Positions 11,201 to 26,200 of a DNA stretch of 64,000 bases are shown here, piece by piece; the stretch's first letter is position 1; every line of letters begins with the position of its first letter. The position numbers and the translations under genes were made by a program. A model generated the notes under the pieces. It ran no database searches and was not told the DNA's origin. It saw nothing but the letters and a program-made list of their open reading frames with translations. The stretch spans positions 19,344,001 to 19,408,000 of the forward strand of contig OZ059896.1 of assembly GCA_964057225.1 (NCBI GenBank), in the 5' to 3' direction. This DNA is from Auanema rhodensis. Lineage: Eukaryota; Animalia; Nematoda.

Positions 11201-14200
11201 ACCGCATCGAATGCACTATAGTACATGGAGAAACGCTTAATACAAAAATTAGTTATGATCGTTTGAAAAATGATGCATTAGTGTATGTTGAGTTTCCATA
11301 TACACTCAACATTGCTTCCAAAAACATTTTGACAAAAATTTTTTCGAAAAATTTCAAAATAATTTAGCAAAAAGTAGATGTTTTTAGATTCCTTTTTTCA
11401 AGGCAAAGACGATGGACAATGTTATTCAACGAAAAAATTAATTCTTCAGGGTGAAAATCGAGGATATAAGTGTGAACTTATATCAGTTGATATCTCGGTG
11501 CATTTTTAAGCTAGCGCAAATCTGATAACACAGATCGACGCAGCTTAAAATACCGCATCGAATGCACTATAGTACATGGAGAAACGCTTGATACAAAAAT
11601 TAGTTATGATCGTTTGAAAAATGATGCATTAGTGTATGTTGAGTTTCCATGTACACTCAACATTGCTTCCAAAAACATTTTGACAAAAATTTTTTCGAAA
11701 AATTTCAAAATAATTTAGCAAAGAGTAGATGTTTTTAGATTCCTTTTTTCAAGGCAAAGACGATGGACAATGTTATTCAACGAAAAAATTAATTCTTCAG
11801 GGTGAAAATCGAGGATATAAGTGTGAACTTATATCAGTTGATATCTCGGTGCATTTTTAAGCTAGCGCAAATCTGATAACACAGATCGACGCAGCTTAAA
11901 AATCCGCATCGAATGCACTATACTACATTGAGAAACGCTTAATACAAGAATTAGTTATGATCGTTTGAAAAATGATGCATTAGTGTATGTTGAGTTTCCA
12001 TGTACACTCAACATTGCTTCCAAAAACATTTTGACAAAAATTTTTTCGAAAAATTTCAAAATAATTTAGCAAAGAGTAGATGTTTTTAGATTCCTTTTTT
12101 CAAGGCAAAGACGATGGACAATGTTATTCAACGAAAAAATTAATTCTTCAGGGTGAAAATCGAGGATATAAGTGTGAACTTATATCAGTTGATATCTCGG
12201 TGCATTTTTAAGCTAGCGCAAATCTGATAACACAGATCGACGCAGCTTAAAAATCCGCATCGAATGCACTATACTACATTGAGAAACGCTTAATACAAAA
12301 ATTAGTTATGATCGTTTGAAAAATGATGCATTAGTGTATGTTGAGTTTCCATATACACTCAACATTGCTTCCAAAAACATTTTGACAAAAATTTTTTCGA
12401 AAAATTTCAAAATAATTTAGCAAAAAGTAGATGTTTTTAGATTCCTTTTTTCAAGGCAAAGACGATGGACAATGTTATTCAACGAAAAAATTAATTCTTC
12501 AGGGTGAAAATCGAGGATATAAGTGTGAACTTATATCAGTTGATATCTCGGTGCATTTTTAAGCTAGCGCAAATCTGATAACACAGATCGACGCAGCTTA
12601 AAATACCGCATCGAATGCACTATAGTACATGGAGAAACGCTTAATACAAAAATTAGTTATGATCGTTTGAAAAATGATGCATTAGTGTATGTTGAGTTTC
12701 CATGTACACTCAACATTGCTTCCAAAAACATTTTGACAAAAATTTTTTCGAAAAATTTCAAGATAATTTAGCAAAGAGTAGATGTTTTTAGATTCCTTTT
12801 TTCAAGGCAAAGACGATGGACAATGTTATTCAACGAAAAAATTAATTCTTCAGGGTGAAAATCGAGGATATAAGTGTGAACTTATATCAGTTGATATCTC
12901 GGTGCATTTTTAAGCTAGCGCAAATCTGATAACACAGATCGACGCAGCTTAAAAATCCGCATCGAATGCACTATACTACATTGAGAAACGCTTAATACAA
13001 GAATTAGTTATGATCGTTTGAAAAATGATGCATTAGTGTATGTTGAGTTTCCATGTACACTCAACATTGCTTCCAAAAACATTTTGACAAAAATTTTTTC
13101 GAAAAATTTCAAAATAATTTAGCAAAAAGTAGATGTTTTTAGATTCCTTTTTTCAAGGCAAAGACGATGGACAATGTTATTCAACGAAAAAATTAATTCT
13201 TTAGGGTGAAAATCGAGGATATAAGTGTGAACTTATATCAGTTGATATCTCGGTGCATTTTTAAGCTAGCGCAAATCTGATAACACAGATCGACGCAGCT
13301 TAAAAATCCGCATCGAATGCACTATACTACATTAAGAAACGCTTAATACAAAAATTAGTTATGATCGTTTGAAAAATGATGCATTAGTGTATGTTGAGTT
13401 TCCATGTACACTCAACATTGCTTCCAAAAACATTTTGACAAAAATTTTTTCGAAAAATTTCAAAATAATTTAGCAAAAAGTAGATGTTTTTAGATTCCTT
13501 TTTTCAAGGCAAAGACGATGGACAATGTTATTCAACGAAAAAATTAATTCTTCAGGGTGAAAATCGAGGATATAAGTGTGAACTTATATCAGTTGATATC
13601 TCGGTGCATTTTTAAGCTAGCGCAAATCTGATAACACAGATCGACGCAGCTTAAAAATCCGCATCGAATGCACTATACTACATTGAGAAACGCTTAATAC
13701 AAAAATTAGTTATGATCGTTTGAAAAATGATGCATTAGTGTATGTTGAGTTTCCATATACACTCAACATTGCTTCCAAAAACATTTTGACAAAAATTTTT
13801 TCGAAAAATTTCAAGATAATTTAGCAAAAAGTAGATGTTTTTAGATTCCTTTTTTCAAGGCAAAGACGATGGACAATGTTATTCAACGAAAAAATTAATT
13901 CTTCAGGGTGAAAATCGAGGATATAAGTGTGAACTTATATCAGTTGATATCTCGGTGCATTTTTAAGCTAGCGCAAATCTGATAACACAGATCGACGCAG
14001 CTTAAAATACCGCATCGAATGCACTATAGTACATGGAGAAACGCTTAATACAAAAATTAGTTATGATCGTTTGAAAAATGATGCATTAGTGTATGTTGAG
14101 TTTCCATGTACACTCAACATTGCTTCCAAAAACATTTTGACAAAAATTTTTTCGAAAAATTTCAAAATAATTTAGCAAAGAGTAGATGTTTTTAGATTCC

Positions 14201-17200
14201 TTTTTTCAAGGCAAAGACGATGGACAATGTTATTCAACGAAAAAATTAATTCTTCAGGGTGAAAATCGAGGATATAAGTGTGAACTTATATCAGTTGATA
14301 TCTCGGTGCATTTTTAAGCTAGCGCAAATCTGATAACACAGATCGACGCAGCTTAAAAATACGCATCGAATGCACTATACTACATTAAGAAACGCTTAAT
14401 ACAAAAATTAGTTATGATCGTTTGAAAAATGATGCATTAGTGTATGTTGAGTTTCCATGTACACTCAACATTGCTTCCAAAAACATTTTGACAAAAATTT
14501 TTTCGAAAAATTTCAAAATAATTTAGCAAAAAGTGGATGTTTTTAGATTCCTTTTTTCAAGGCAAAGACGATGGACAATGTTATTCAACGAAAAAATTAA
14601 TTCTTTAGGGTGAAAATCGAGGATATAAGTGTGAACTTATATCAGTTGATATCTCGGTGCATTTTTAAGCTAGCGCAAATCTGATAACACAGATCGACGC
14701 AGCTTAAAAATCCGCATCGAATGCACTATACTACATTAAGAAACGCTTAATACAAAAATTAGTTATGATCGTTTGAAAAATGATGCATTAGTGTATGTTG
14801 AGTTTCCATGTACACTCAACATTGCTTCCAAAAACATTTTGACAAAAATTTTTTCGAAAAATTTCAAAATAATTTAGCAAAAAGTAGATGTTTTTAGATT
14901 CCTTTTTTCAAGGCAAAGACGATGGACAATGTTATTCAACGAAAAAATTAATTCTTCAGGGTGAAAATCGAGGATATAAGTGTGAACTTATATCAGTTGA
15001 TATCTCGGTGCATTTTTAAGCTAGCGCAAATCTGATAACACAGATCGACGCAGCTTAAAAATCCGCATCGAATGCACTATACTACATTGAGAAACGCTTA
15101 ATACAAAAATTAGTTATGATCGTTTGAAAAATGATGCATTAGTGTATGTTGAGTTTCCATATACACTCAACATTGCTTCCAAAAACATTTTGACAAAAAT
15201 TTTTTCGAAAAATTTCAAGATAATTTAGCAAAAAGTAGATGTTTTTAGATTCCTTTTTTCAAGGCAAAGACGATGGACAATGTTATTCAACGAAAAAATT
15301 AATTCTTCAGGGTGAAAATCGAGGATATAAGTGTGAACTTATATCAGTTGATATCTCGGTGCATTTTTAAGCTAGCGCAAATCTGATAACACAGATCGAC
15401 GCAGCTTAAAATACCGCATCGAATGCACTATAGTACATGGAGAAACGCTTAATACAAAAATTAGTTATGATCGTTTGAAAAATGATGCATTAGTGTATGT
15501 TGAGTTTCCATGTACACTCAACATTGCTTCCAAAAACATTTTGACAAAAATTTTTTCGAAAAATTTCAAAATAATTTAGCAAAGAGTAGATGTTTTTAGA
15601 TTCCTTTTTTCAAGGCAAAGACGATGGACAATGTTATTCAACGAAAAAATTAATTCTTCAGGGTGAAAATCGAGGATATAAGTGTGAACTTATATCAGTT
15701 GATATCTCGGTGCATTTTTAAGCTAGCGCAAATCTGATAACACAGATCGACGCAGCTTAAAAATCCGCATCGAATGCACTATACTACATTGAGAAACGCT
15801 TAATACAAAAATTAGTTATGATCGTTTGAAAAATGATGCATTAGTGTATGTTGAGTTTCCATATACACTCAACATTGCTTCCAAAAACATTTTGACAAAA
15901 ATTTTTTCGAAAAATTTCAAAATAATTTAGCAAAAAGTAGATGTTTTTAGATTCCTTTTTTCAAGGCAAAGACGATGGACAATGTTATTCAACGAAAAAA
16001 TTAATTCTTCAGGGTGAAAATCGAGGATATAAGTGTGAACTTATATCAGTTGATATCTCGGTGCATTTTTAAGCTAGCGCAAATCTGATAACACAGATCG
16101 ACGCAGCTTAAAATACCGCATCGAATGCACTATAGTACATGGAGAAACGCTTAATACAAAAATTAGTTATGATCGTTTGAAAAATGATGCATTAGTGTAT
16201 GTTGAGTTTCCATGTACACTCAACATTGCTTCCAAAAACATTTTGACAAAAATTTTTTCGAAAAATTTCAAAATAATTTAGCAAAGAGTAGATGTTTTTA
16301 GATTCCTTTTTTCAAGGCAAAGACGATGGACAATGTTATTCAACGAAAAAATTAATTCTTCAGGGTGAAAATCGAGGATATAAGTGTGAACTTATATCAG
16401 TTGATATCTCGCTGCATTTTTAAGCTAGCGCAAATCTGATAACACAGATCGACGCAGCTTAAAAATCCGCATCGAATGCACTATACTACATTGAGAAACG
16501 CTTAATACAAAAATTAGTTATGATCGTTTGAAAAATGATGCATTAGTGTATGTTGAGTTTCCATATACACTCAACATTGCTTCCAAAAACATTTTGACAA
16601 AAATTTTTTCGAAAAATTTCAAAATAATTTAGCAAAAAGTAGATGTTTTTAGATTCCTTTTTTCAAGGCAAAGACGATGGACAATGTTATTCAACGAAAA
16701 AATTAATTCTTCAGGGTGAAAATCGAGGATATAAGTGTGAACTTATATCAGTTGATATCTCGGTGCATTTTTAAGCTAGCGCAAATCTGATAACACAGAT
16801 CGACGCAGCTTAAAATACCGCATCGAATGCACTATAGTACATGGAGAAACGCTTAATACAAAAATTAGTTATGATCGTTTGAAAAATGATGCATTAGTGT
16901 ATGTTGAGTTTCCATGTACACTCAACATTGCTTCCAAAAACATTTTGACAAAAATTTTTTCGAAAAATTTCAAAATAATTTAGCAAAGAGTAGATGTTTT
17001 TAGATTCCTTTTTTCAAGGCAAAGACGATGGACAATGTTATTCAACGAAAAAATTAATTCTTCAGGGTGAAAATCGAGGATATAAGTGTGAACTTATATC
17101 AGTTGATATCTCGGTGCATTTTTAAGCTAGCGCAAATCTGATAACACAGATCGACGCAGCTTAAAATACCGCATCGAATGCACTATAGTACATGGAGAAA

Positions 17201-20200
17201 CGCTTAATACAAAAATTAGTTATGATCGTTTGAAAAATGATGCATTAGTGTATGTTGAGTTTCCATGTACACTCAACATTGCTTCCAAAAACATTTTGAC
17301 AAAAATTTTTTCGAAAAATTTCAAAATAATTTAGCAAAGAGTAGATGTTTTTAGATTCCTTTTTTCAAGGCAAAGACGATGGACAATGTTATTCAACGAA
17401 AAAATTAATTCTTCAGGGTGAAAATCGAGGATATAAGTGTGAACTTATATCAGTTGATATCTCGGTGCATTTTTAAGCTAGCGCAAATCTGATAACACAG
17501 ATCGACGCAGCTTAAAATACCGCATCGAATGCACTATAGTACATGGAGAAACGCTTAATACAAAAATTAGTTATGATCGTTTGAAAAATGATGCATTAGT
17601 GTATGTTGAGTTTCCATGTACACTCAACATTGCTTCCAAAAACATTTTGACAAAAATTTTTTCGAAAAATTTCAAAATAATTTAGCAAAGAGTAGATGTT
17701 TTTAGATTCCTTTTTTCAAGGCAAAGACGATGGACAATGTTATTCAACGAAAAAATTAATTCTTCAGGGTGAAAATCGAGGATATAAGTGTGAACTTATA
17801 TCAGTTGATATCTCGGTGCATTTTTAAGCTAGCGCAAATCTGATAACACAGATCGACGCAGCTTAAAAATCCGCATCGAATGCACTATACTACATTGAGA
17901 AACGCTTAATACAAAAATTAGTTATGATCGTTTGAAAAATGATGCATTAGTGTATGTTGAGTTTCCATATACACTCAACATTGCTTCCAAAAACATTTTG
18001 ACAAAAATTTTTTCGAAAAATTTCAAAATAATTTAGCAAAAAGTAGATGTTTTTAGATTCCTTTTTTCAAGGCAAAGACGATGGACAATGTTATTCAACG
18101 AAAAAATTAATTCTTCAGGGTGAAAATCGAGGATATAAGTGTGAACTTATATCAGTTGATATCTCGGTGCATTTTTAAGCTAGCGCAAATCTGATAACAC
18201 AGATCGACGCAGCTTAAAATACCGCATCGAATGCACTATAGTACATGGAGAAACGCTTAATACAAAAATTAGTTATGATCGTTTGAAAAATGATGCATTA
18301 GTGTATGTTGAGTTTCCATGTACACTCAACATTGCTTCCAAAAACATTTTGACAAAAATTTTTTCGAAAAATTTCAAAATAATTTAGCAAAGAGTAGATG
18401 TTTTTAGATTCCTTTTTTCAAGGCAAAGACGATGGACAATGTTATTCAACGAAAAAATTAATTCTTCAGGGTGAAAATCGAGGATATAAGTGTGAACTTA
18501 TATCAGTTGATATCTCGCTGCATTTTTAAGCTAGCGCAAATCTGATAACACAGATCGACGCAGCTTAAAAATCCGCATCGAATGCACTATACTACATTGA
18601 GAAACGCTTAATACAAAAATTAGTTATGATCGTTTGAAAAATGATGCATTAGTGTATGTTGAGTTTCCATATACACTCAACATTGCTTCCAAAAACATTT
18701 TGACAAAAATTTTTTCGAAAAATTTCAAAATAATTTAGCAAAAAGTAGATGTTTTTAGATTCCTTTTTTCAAGGCAAAGACGATGGACAATGTTATTCAA
18801 CGAAAAAATTAATTCTTCAGGGTGAAAATCGAGGATATAAGTGTGAACTTATATCAGTTGATATCTCGGTGCATTTTTAAGCTAGCGCAAATCTGATAAC
18901 ACAGATCGACGCAGCTTAAAATACCGCATCGAATGCACTATAGTACATGGAGAAACGCTTAATACAAAAATTAGTTATGATCGTTTGAAAAATGATGCAT
19001 TAGTGTATGTTGAGTTTCCATGTACACTCAACATTGCTTCCAAAAACATTTTGACAAAAATTTTTTCGAAAAATTTCAAAATAATTTAGCAAAGAGTAGA
19101 TGTTTTTAGATTCCTTTTTTCAAGGCAAAGACGATGGACAATGTTATTCAACGAAAAAATTAATTCTTCAGGGTGAAAATCGAGGATATAAGTGTGAACT
19201 TATATCAGTTGATATCTCGGTGCATTTTTAAGCTAGCGCAAATCTGATAACACAGATCGACGCAGCTTAAAAATCCGCATCGAATGCACTATACTACATT
19301 GAGAAACGCTTAATACAATAATTAGTTATGATCGTTTGAAAAATGATGCATTAGTGTATGTTGAGTTTCCATGTACACTCAACATTGCTTCCAAAAACAT
19401 TTTGACAAAAATTTTTTCGAAAAATTTCAAAATAATTTAGCAAAAAGTAGATGTTTTTAGATTCCTTTTTTCAAGGCAAAGACGATGGACAATGTTATTC
19501 AACGAAAAAATTAATTCTTTAGGGTGAAAATCGAGGATATAAGTGTGAACTTATATCAGTTGATATCTCGGTGCATTTTTAAGCTAGCGCAAATCTGATA
19601 ACACAGATCGACGCAGCTTAAAAATACGCATCGAATGCACTATACTACATTAAGAAACGCTTAATACAAAAATTAGTTATGATCGTTTGAAAAATGATGC
19701 ATTAGTGTATGTTGAGTTTCCATGTACACTCAACATTGCTTCCAAAAACATTTTGACAAAAATTTTTTCGAAAAATTTCAAAAAAATTTAGCAAAAAGTA
19801 GATGTTTTTAGATTCCTTTTTTCAAGGCAAAGACGATGGACAATGTTATTCAACGAAAAAATTAATTCTTCAGGGTGAAAATCGAGGATATAAGTGTGAA
19901 CTTATATCAGTTGATATCTCGGTGCATTTTTAAGCTAGCGCAAATCTGATAACACAGATCGACGCAGCTTAAAAATCCGCATCGAATGCACTATACTACA
20001 TTGAGAAACGCTTAATACAAAAATTAGTTATGATCGTTTGAAAAATGATGCATTAGTGTATGTTGAGTTTCCATATACACTCAACATTGCTTCCAAAAAC
20101 ATTTTGACAAAAATTTTTTCGAAAAATTTCAAAATAATTTAGCAAAAAGTAGATGTTTTTAGATTCCTTTTTTCAAGGCAAAGACGATGGACAATGTTAT

Positions 20201-23200
20201 TCAACGAAAAAATTAATTCTTCAGGGTGAAAATCGAGGATATAAGTGTGAACTTATATCAGTTGATATCTCGGTGCATTTTTAAGCTAGCGCAAATCTGA
20301 TAACACAGATCGACGCAGCTTAAAATACCGCATCGAATGCACTATAGTACATGGAGAAACGCTTAATACAAAAATTAGTTATGATCGTTTGAAAAATGAT
20401 GCATTAGTGTATGTTGAGTTTCCATGTACACTCAACATTGCTTCCAAAAACATTTTGACAAAAATTTTTTCGAAAAATTTCAAAATAATTTAGCAAAGAG
20501 TAGATGTTTTTAGATTCCTTTTTTCAAGGCAAAGACGATGGACAATGTTATTCAACGAAAAAATTAATTCTTCAGGGTGAAAATCGAGGATATAAGTGTG
20601 AACTTATATCAGTTGATATCTCGGTGCATTTTTAAGCTAGCGCAAATCTGATAACACAGATCGACGCAGCTTAAAAATCCGCATCGAATGCACTATACTA
20701 CATTGAGAAACGCTTAATACAAAAATTAGTTATGATCGTTTGAAAAATGATGCATTAGTGTATGTTGAGTTTCCATATACACTCAACATTGCTTCCAAAA
20801 ACATTTTGACAAAAATTTTTTCGAAAAATTTCAAAATAATTTAGCAAAAAGTAGATGTTTTTAGATTCCTTTTTTCAAGGCAAAGACGATGGACAATGTT
20901 ATTCAACGAAAAAATTAATTCTTCAGGGTGAAAATCGAGGATATAAGTGTGAACTTATATCAGTTGATATCTCGGTGCATTTTTAAGCTAGCGCAAATCT
21001 GATAACACAGATCGACGCAGCTTAAAATACCGCATCGAATGCACTATAGTACATGGAGAAACGCTTAATACAAAAATTAGTTATGATCGTTTGAAAAATG
21101 ATGCATTAGTGTATGTTGAGTTTCCATGTACACTCAACATTGCTTCCAAAAACATTTTGACAAAAATTTTTTCGAAAAATTTCAAAATAATTTAGCAAAG
21201 AGTAGATGTTTTTAGATTCCTTTTTTCAAGGCAAAGACGATGGACAATGTTATTCAACGAAAAAATTAATTCTTCAGGGTGAAAATCGAGGATATAAGTG
21301 TGAACTTATATCAGTTGATATCTCGGTGCATTTTTAAGCTAGCGCAAATCTGATAACACAGATCGACGCAGCTTAAAAATCCGCATCGAATGCACTATAC
21401 TACATTGAGAAACGCTTAATACAAGAATTAGTTATGATCGTTTGAAAAATGATGCATTAGTGTATGTTGAGTTTCCATATACACTCAACATTGCTTCCAA
21501 AAACATTTTGACAAAAATTTTTTCGAAAAATTTCAAAATAATTTAGCAAAGAGTAGATGTTTTTAGATTCCTTTTTTCAAGGCAAAGACGATGGACAATG
21601 TTATTCAACGAAAAAATTAATTCTTCAGGGTGAAAATCGAGGATATAAGTGTGAACTTATATCAGTTGATATCTCGGTGCATTTTTAAGCTAGCGCAAAT
21701 CTGATAACACAGATCGACGCAGCTTAAAATACCGCATCGAATGCACTATAGTACATGGAGAAACGCTTAATACAAAAATTAGTTATGATCGTTTGAAAAA
21801 TGATGCATTAGTGTATGTTGAGTTTCCATGTACACTCAACATTGCTTCCAAAAACATTTTGACAAAAATTTTTTCGAAAAATTTCAAAATAATTTAGCAA
21901 AAAGTAGATGTTTTTAGATTCCTTTTTTCAAGGCAAAGACGATGGACAATGTTATTCAACGAAAAAATTAATTCTTCAGGGTGAAAATCGAGGATATAAG
22001 TGTGAACTTATATCAGTTGATATCTCGGTGCATTTTTAAGCTAGCGCAAATCTGATAACACAGATCGACGCAGCTTAAAAATCCGCATCGAATGCACTAT
22101 ACTACATTGAGAAACGCTTAATACAAGAATTAGTTATGATCGTTTGAAAAATGATGCATTAGTGTATGTTGAGTTTCCATGTACACTCAACATTGCTTCC
22201 AAAAACATTTTGACAAAAATTTTTTCGAAAAATTTCAAAATAATTTAGCAAAGAGTAGATGTTTTTAGATTCCTTTTTTCAAGGCAAAGACGATGGACAA
22301 TGTTATTCAACGAAAAAATTAATTCTTCAGGGTGAAAATCGAGGATATAAGTGTGAACTTATATCAGTTGATATCTCGGTGCATTTTTAAGCTAGCGCAA
22401 ATCTGATAACACAGATCGACGCAGCTTAAAAATCCGCATCGAATGCACTATACTACATTGAGAAACGCTTAATACAAAAATTAGTTATGATCGTTTGAAA
22501 AATGATGCATTAGTGTATGTTGAGTTTCCATATACACTCAACATTGCTTCCAAAAACATTTTGACAAAAATTTTTTCGAAAAATTTCAAAATAATTTAGC
22601 AAAAAGTAGATGTTTTTAGATTCCTTTTTTCAAGGCAAAGACGATGGACAATGTTATTCAACGAAAAAATTAATTCTTCAGGGTGAAAATCGAGGATATA
22701 AGTGTGAACTTATATCAGTTGATATCTCGGTGCATTTTTAAGCTAGCGCAAATCTGATAACACAGATCGACGCAGCTTAAAATACCGCATCGAATGCACT
22801 ATAGTACATGGAGAAACGCTTAATACAAAAATTAGTTATGATCGTTTGAAAAATGATGCATTAGTGTATGTTGAGTTTCCATGTACACTCAACATTGCTT
22901 CCAAAAACATTTTGACAAAAATTTTTTCGAAAAATTTCAAGATAATTTAGCAAAGAGTAGATGTTTTTAGATTCCTTTTTTCAAGGCAAAGACGATGGAC
23001 AATGTTATTCAACGAAAAAATTAATTCTTCAGGGTGAAAATCGAGGATATAAGTGTGAACTTATATCAGTTGATATCTCGGTGCATTTTTAAGCTAGCGC
23101 AAATCTGATAACACAGATCGACGCAGCTTAAAAATCCGCATCGAATGCACTATACTACATTGAGAAACGCTTAATACAAAAATTAGTTATGATCGTTTGA

Positions 23201-26200
23201 AAAATGATGCATTAGTGTATGTTGAGTTTCCATATACACTCAACATTGCTTCCAAAAACATTTTGACAAAAATTTTTTCGAAAAATTTCAAAATAATTTA
23301 GCAAAAAGTAGATGTTTTTAGATTCCTTTTTTCAAGGCAAAGACGATGGACAATGTTATTCAACGAAAAAATTAATTCTTCAGGGTGAAAATCGAGGATA
23401 TAAGTGTGAACTTATATCAGTTGATATCTCGGTGCATTTTTAAGCTAGCGCAAATCTGATAACACAGATCGACGCAGCTTAAAATACCGCATCGAATGCA
23501 CTATAGTACATGGAGAAACGCTTAATACAAAAATTAGTTATGATCGTTTGAAAAATGATGCATTAGTGTATGTTGAGTTTCCATGTACACTCAACATTGC
23601 TTCCAAAAACATTTTGACAAAAATTTTTTCGAAAAATTTCAAAATAATTTAGCAAAGAGTAGATGTTTTTAGATTCCTTTTTTCAAGGCAAAGACGATGG
23701 ACAATGTTATTCAACGAAAAAATTAATTCTTCAGGGTGAAAATCGAGGATATAAGTGTGAACTTATATCAGTTGATATCTCGGTGCATTTTTAAGCTAGC
23801 GCAAATCTGATAACACAGATCGACGCAGCTTAAAAATCCGCATCGAATGCACTATACTACATTGAGAAACGCTTAATACAAGAATTAGTTATGATCGTTT
23901 GAAAAATGATGCATTAGTGTATGTTGAGTTTCCATGTACACTCAACATTGCTTCCAAAAACATTTTGACAAAAATTTTTTCGAAAAATTTCAAAATAATT
24001 TAGCAAAGAGTAGATGTTTTTAGATTCCTTTTTTCAAGGCAAAGACGATGGACAATGTTATTCAACGAAAAAATTAATTCTTCAGGGTGAAAATCGAGGA
24101 TATAAGTGTGAACTTATATCAGTTGATATCTCGGTGCATTTTTAAGCTAGCGCAAATCTGATAACACAGATCGACGCAGCTTAAAAATCCGCATCGAATG
24201 CACTATACTACATTGAGAAACGCTTAATACAAAAATTAGTTATGATCGTTTGAAAAATGATGCATTAGTGTATGTTGAGTTTCCATATACACTCAACATT
24301 GCTTCCAAAAACATTTTGACAAAAATTTTTTCGAAAAATTTCAAAATAATTTAGCAAAAAGTAGATGTTTTTAGATTCCTTTTTTCAAGGCAAAGACGAT
24401 GGACAATGTTATTCAACGAAAAAATTAATTCTTCAGGGTGAAAATCGAGGATATAAGTGTGAACTTATATCAGTTGATATCTCGGTGCATTTTTAAGCTA
24501 GCGCAAATCTGATAACACAGATCGACGCAGCTTAAAATACCGCATCGAATGCACTATAGTACATGGAGAAACGCTTAATACAAAAATTAGTTATGATCGT
24601 TTGAAAAATGATGCATTAGTGTATGTTGAGTTTCCATGTACACTCAACATTGCTTCCAAAAACATTTTGACAAAAATTTTTTCGAAAAATTTCAAGATAA
24701 TTTAGCAAAGAGTAGATGTTTTTAGATTCCTTTTTTCAAGGCAAAGACGATGGACAATGTTATTCAACGAAAAAATTAATTCTTCAGGGTGAAAATCGAG
24801 GATATAAGTGTGAACTTATATCAGTTGATATCTCGGTGCATTTTTAAGCTAGCGCAAATCTGATAACACAGATCGACGCAGCTTAAAAATCCGCATCGAA
24901 TGCACTATACTACATTGAGAAACGCTTAATACAAGAATTAGTTATGATCGTTTGAAAAATGATGCATTAGTGTATGTTGAGTTTCCATGTACACTCAACA
25001 TTGCTTCCAAAAACATTTTGACAAAAATTTTTTCGAAAAATTTCAAAATAATTTAGCAAAAAGTAGATGTTTTTAGATTCCTTTTTTCAAGGCAAAGACG
25101 ATGGACAATGTTATTCAACGAAAAAATTAATTCTTTAGGGTGAAAATCGAGGATATAAGTGTGAACTTATATCAGTTGATATCTCGGTGCATTTTTAAGC
25201 TAGCGCAAATCTGATAACACAGATCGACGCAGCTTAAAAATCCGCATCGAATGCACTATACTACATTAAGAAACGCTTAATACAAAAATTAGTTATGATC
25301 GTTTGAAAAATGATGCATTAGTGTATGTTGAGTTTCCATGTACACTCAACATTGCTTCCAAAAACATTTTGACAAAAATTTTTTCGAAAAATTTCAAAAT
25401 AATTTAGCAAAAAGTAGATGTTTTTAGATTCCTTTTTTCAAGGCAAAGACGATGGACAATGTTATTCAACGAAAAAATTAATTCTTCAGGGTGAAAATCG
25501 AGGATATAAGTGTGAACTTATATCAGTTGATATCTCGGTGCATTTTTAAGCTAGCGCAAATCTGATAACACAGATCGACGCAGCTTAAAAATCCGCATCG
25601 AATGCACTATACTACATTGAGAAACGCTTAATACAAAAATTAGTTATGATCGTTTGAAAAATGATGCATTAGTGTATGTTGAGTTTCCATATACACTCAA
25701 CATTGCTTCCAAAAACATTTTGACAAAAATTTTTTCGAAAAATTTCAAGATAATTTAGCAAAAAGTAGATGTTTTTAGATTCCTTTTTTCAAGGCAAAGA
25801 CGATGGACAATGTTATTCAACGAAAAAATTAATTCTTCAGGGTGAAAATCGAGGATATAAGTGTGAACTTATATCAGTTGATATCTCGGTGCATTTTTAA
25901 GCTAGCGCAAATCTGATAACACAGATCGACGCAGCTTAAAATACCGCATCGAATGCACTATAGTACATGGAGAAACGCTTAATACAAAAATTAGTTATGA
26001 TCGTTTGAAAAATGATGCATTAGTGTATGTTGAGTTTCCATGTACACTCAACATTGCTTCCAAAAACATTTTGACAAAAATTTTTTCGAAAAATTTCAAA
26101 ATAATTTAGCAAAGAGTAGATGTTTTTAGATTCCTTTTTTCAAGGCAAAGACGATGGACAATGTTATTCAACGAAAAAATTAATTCTTCAGGGTGAAAAT

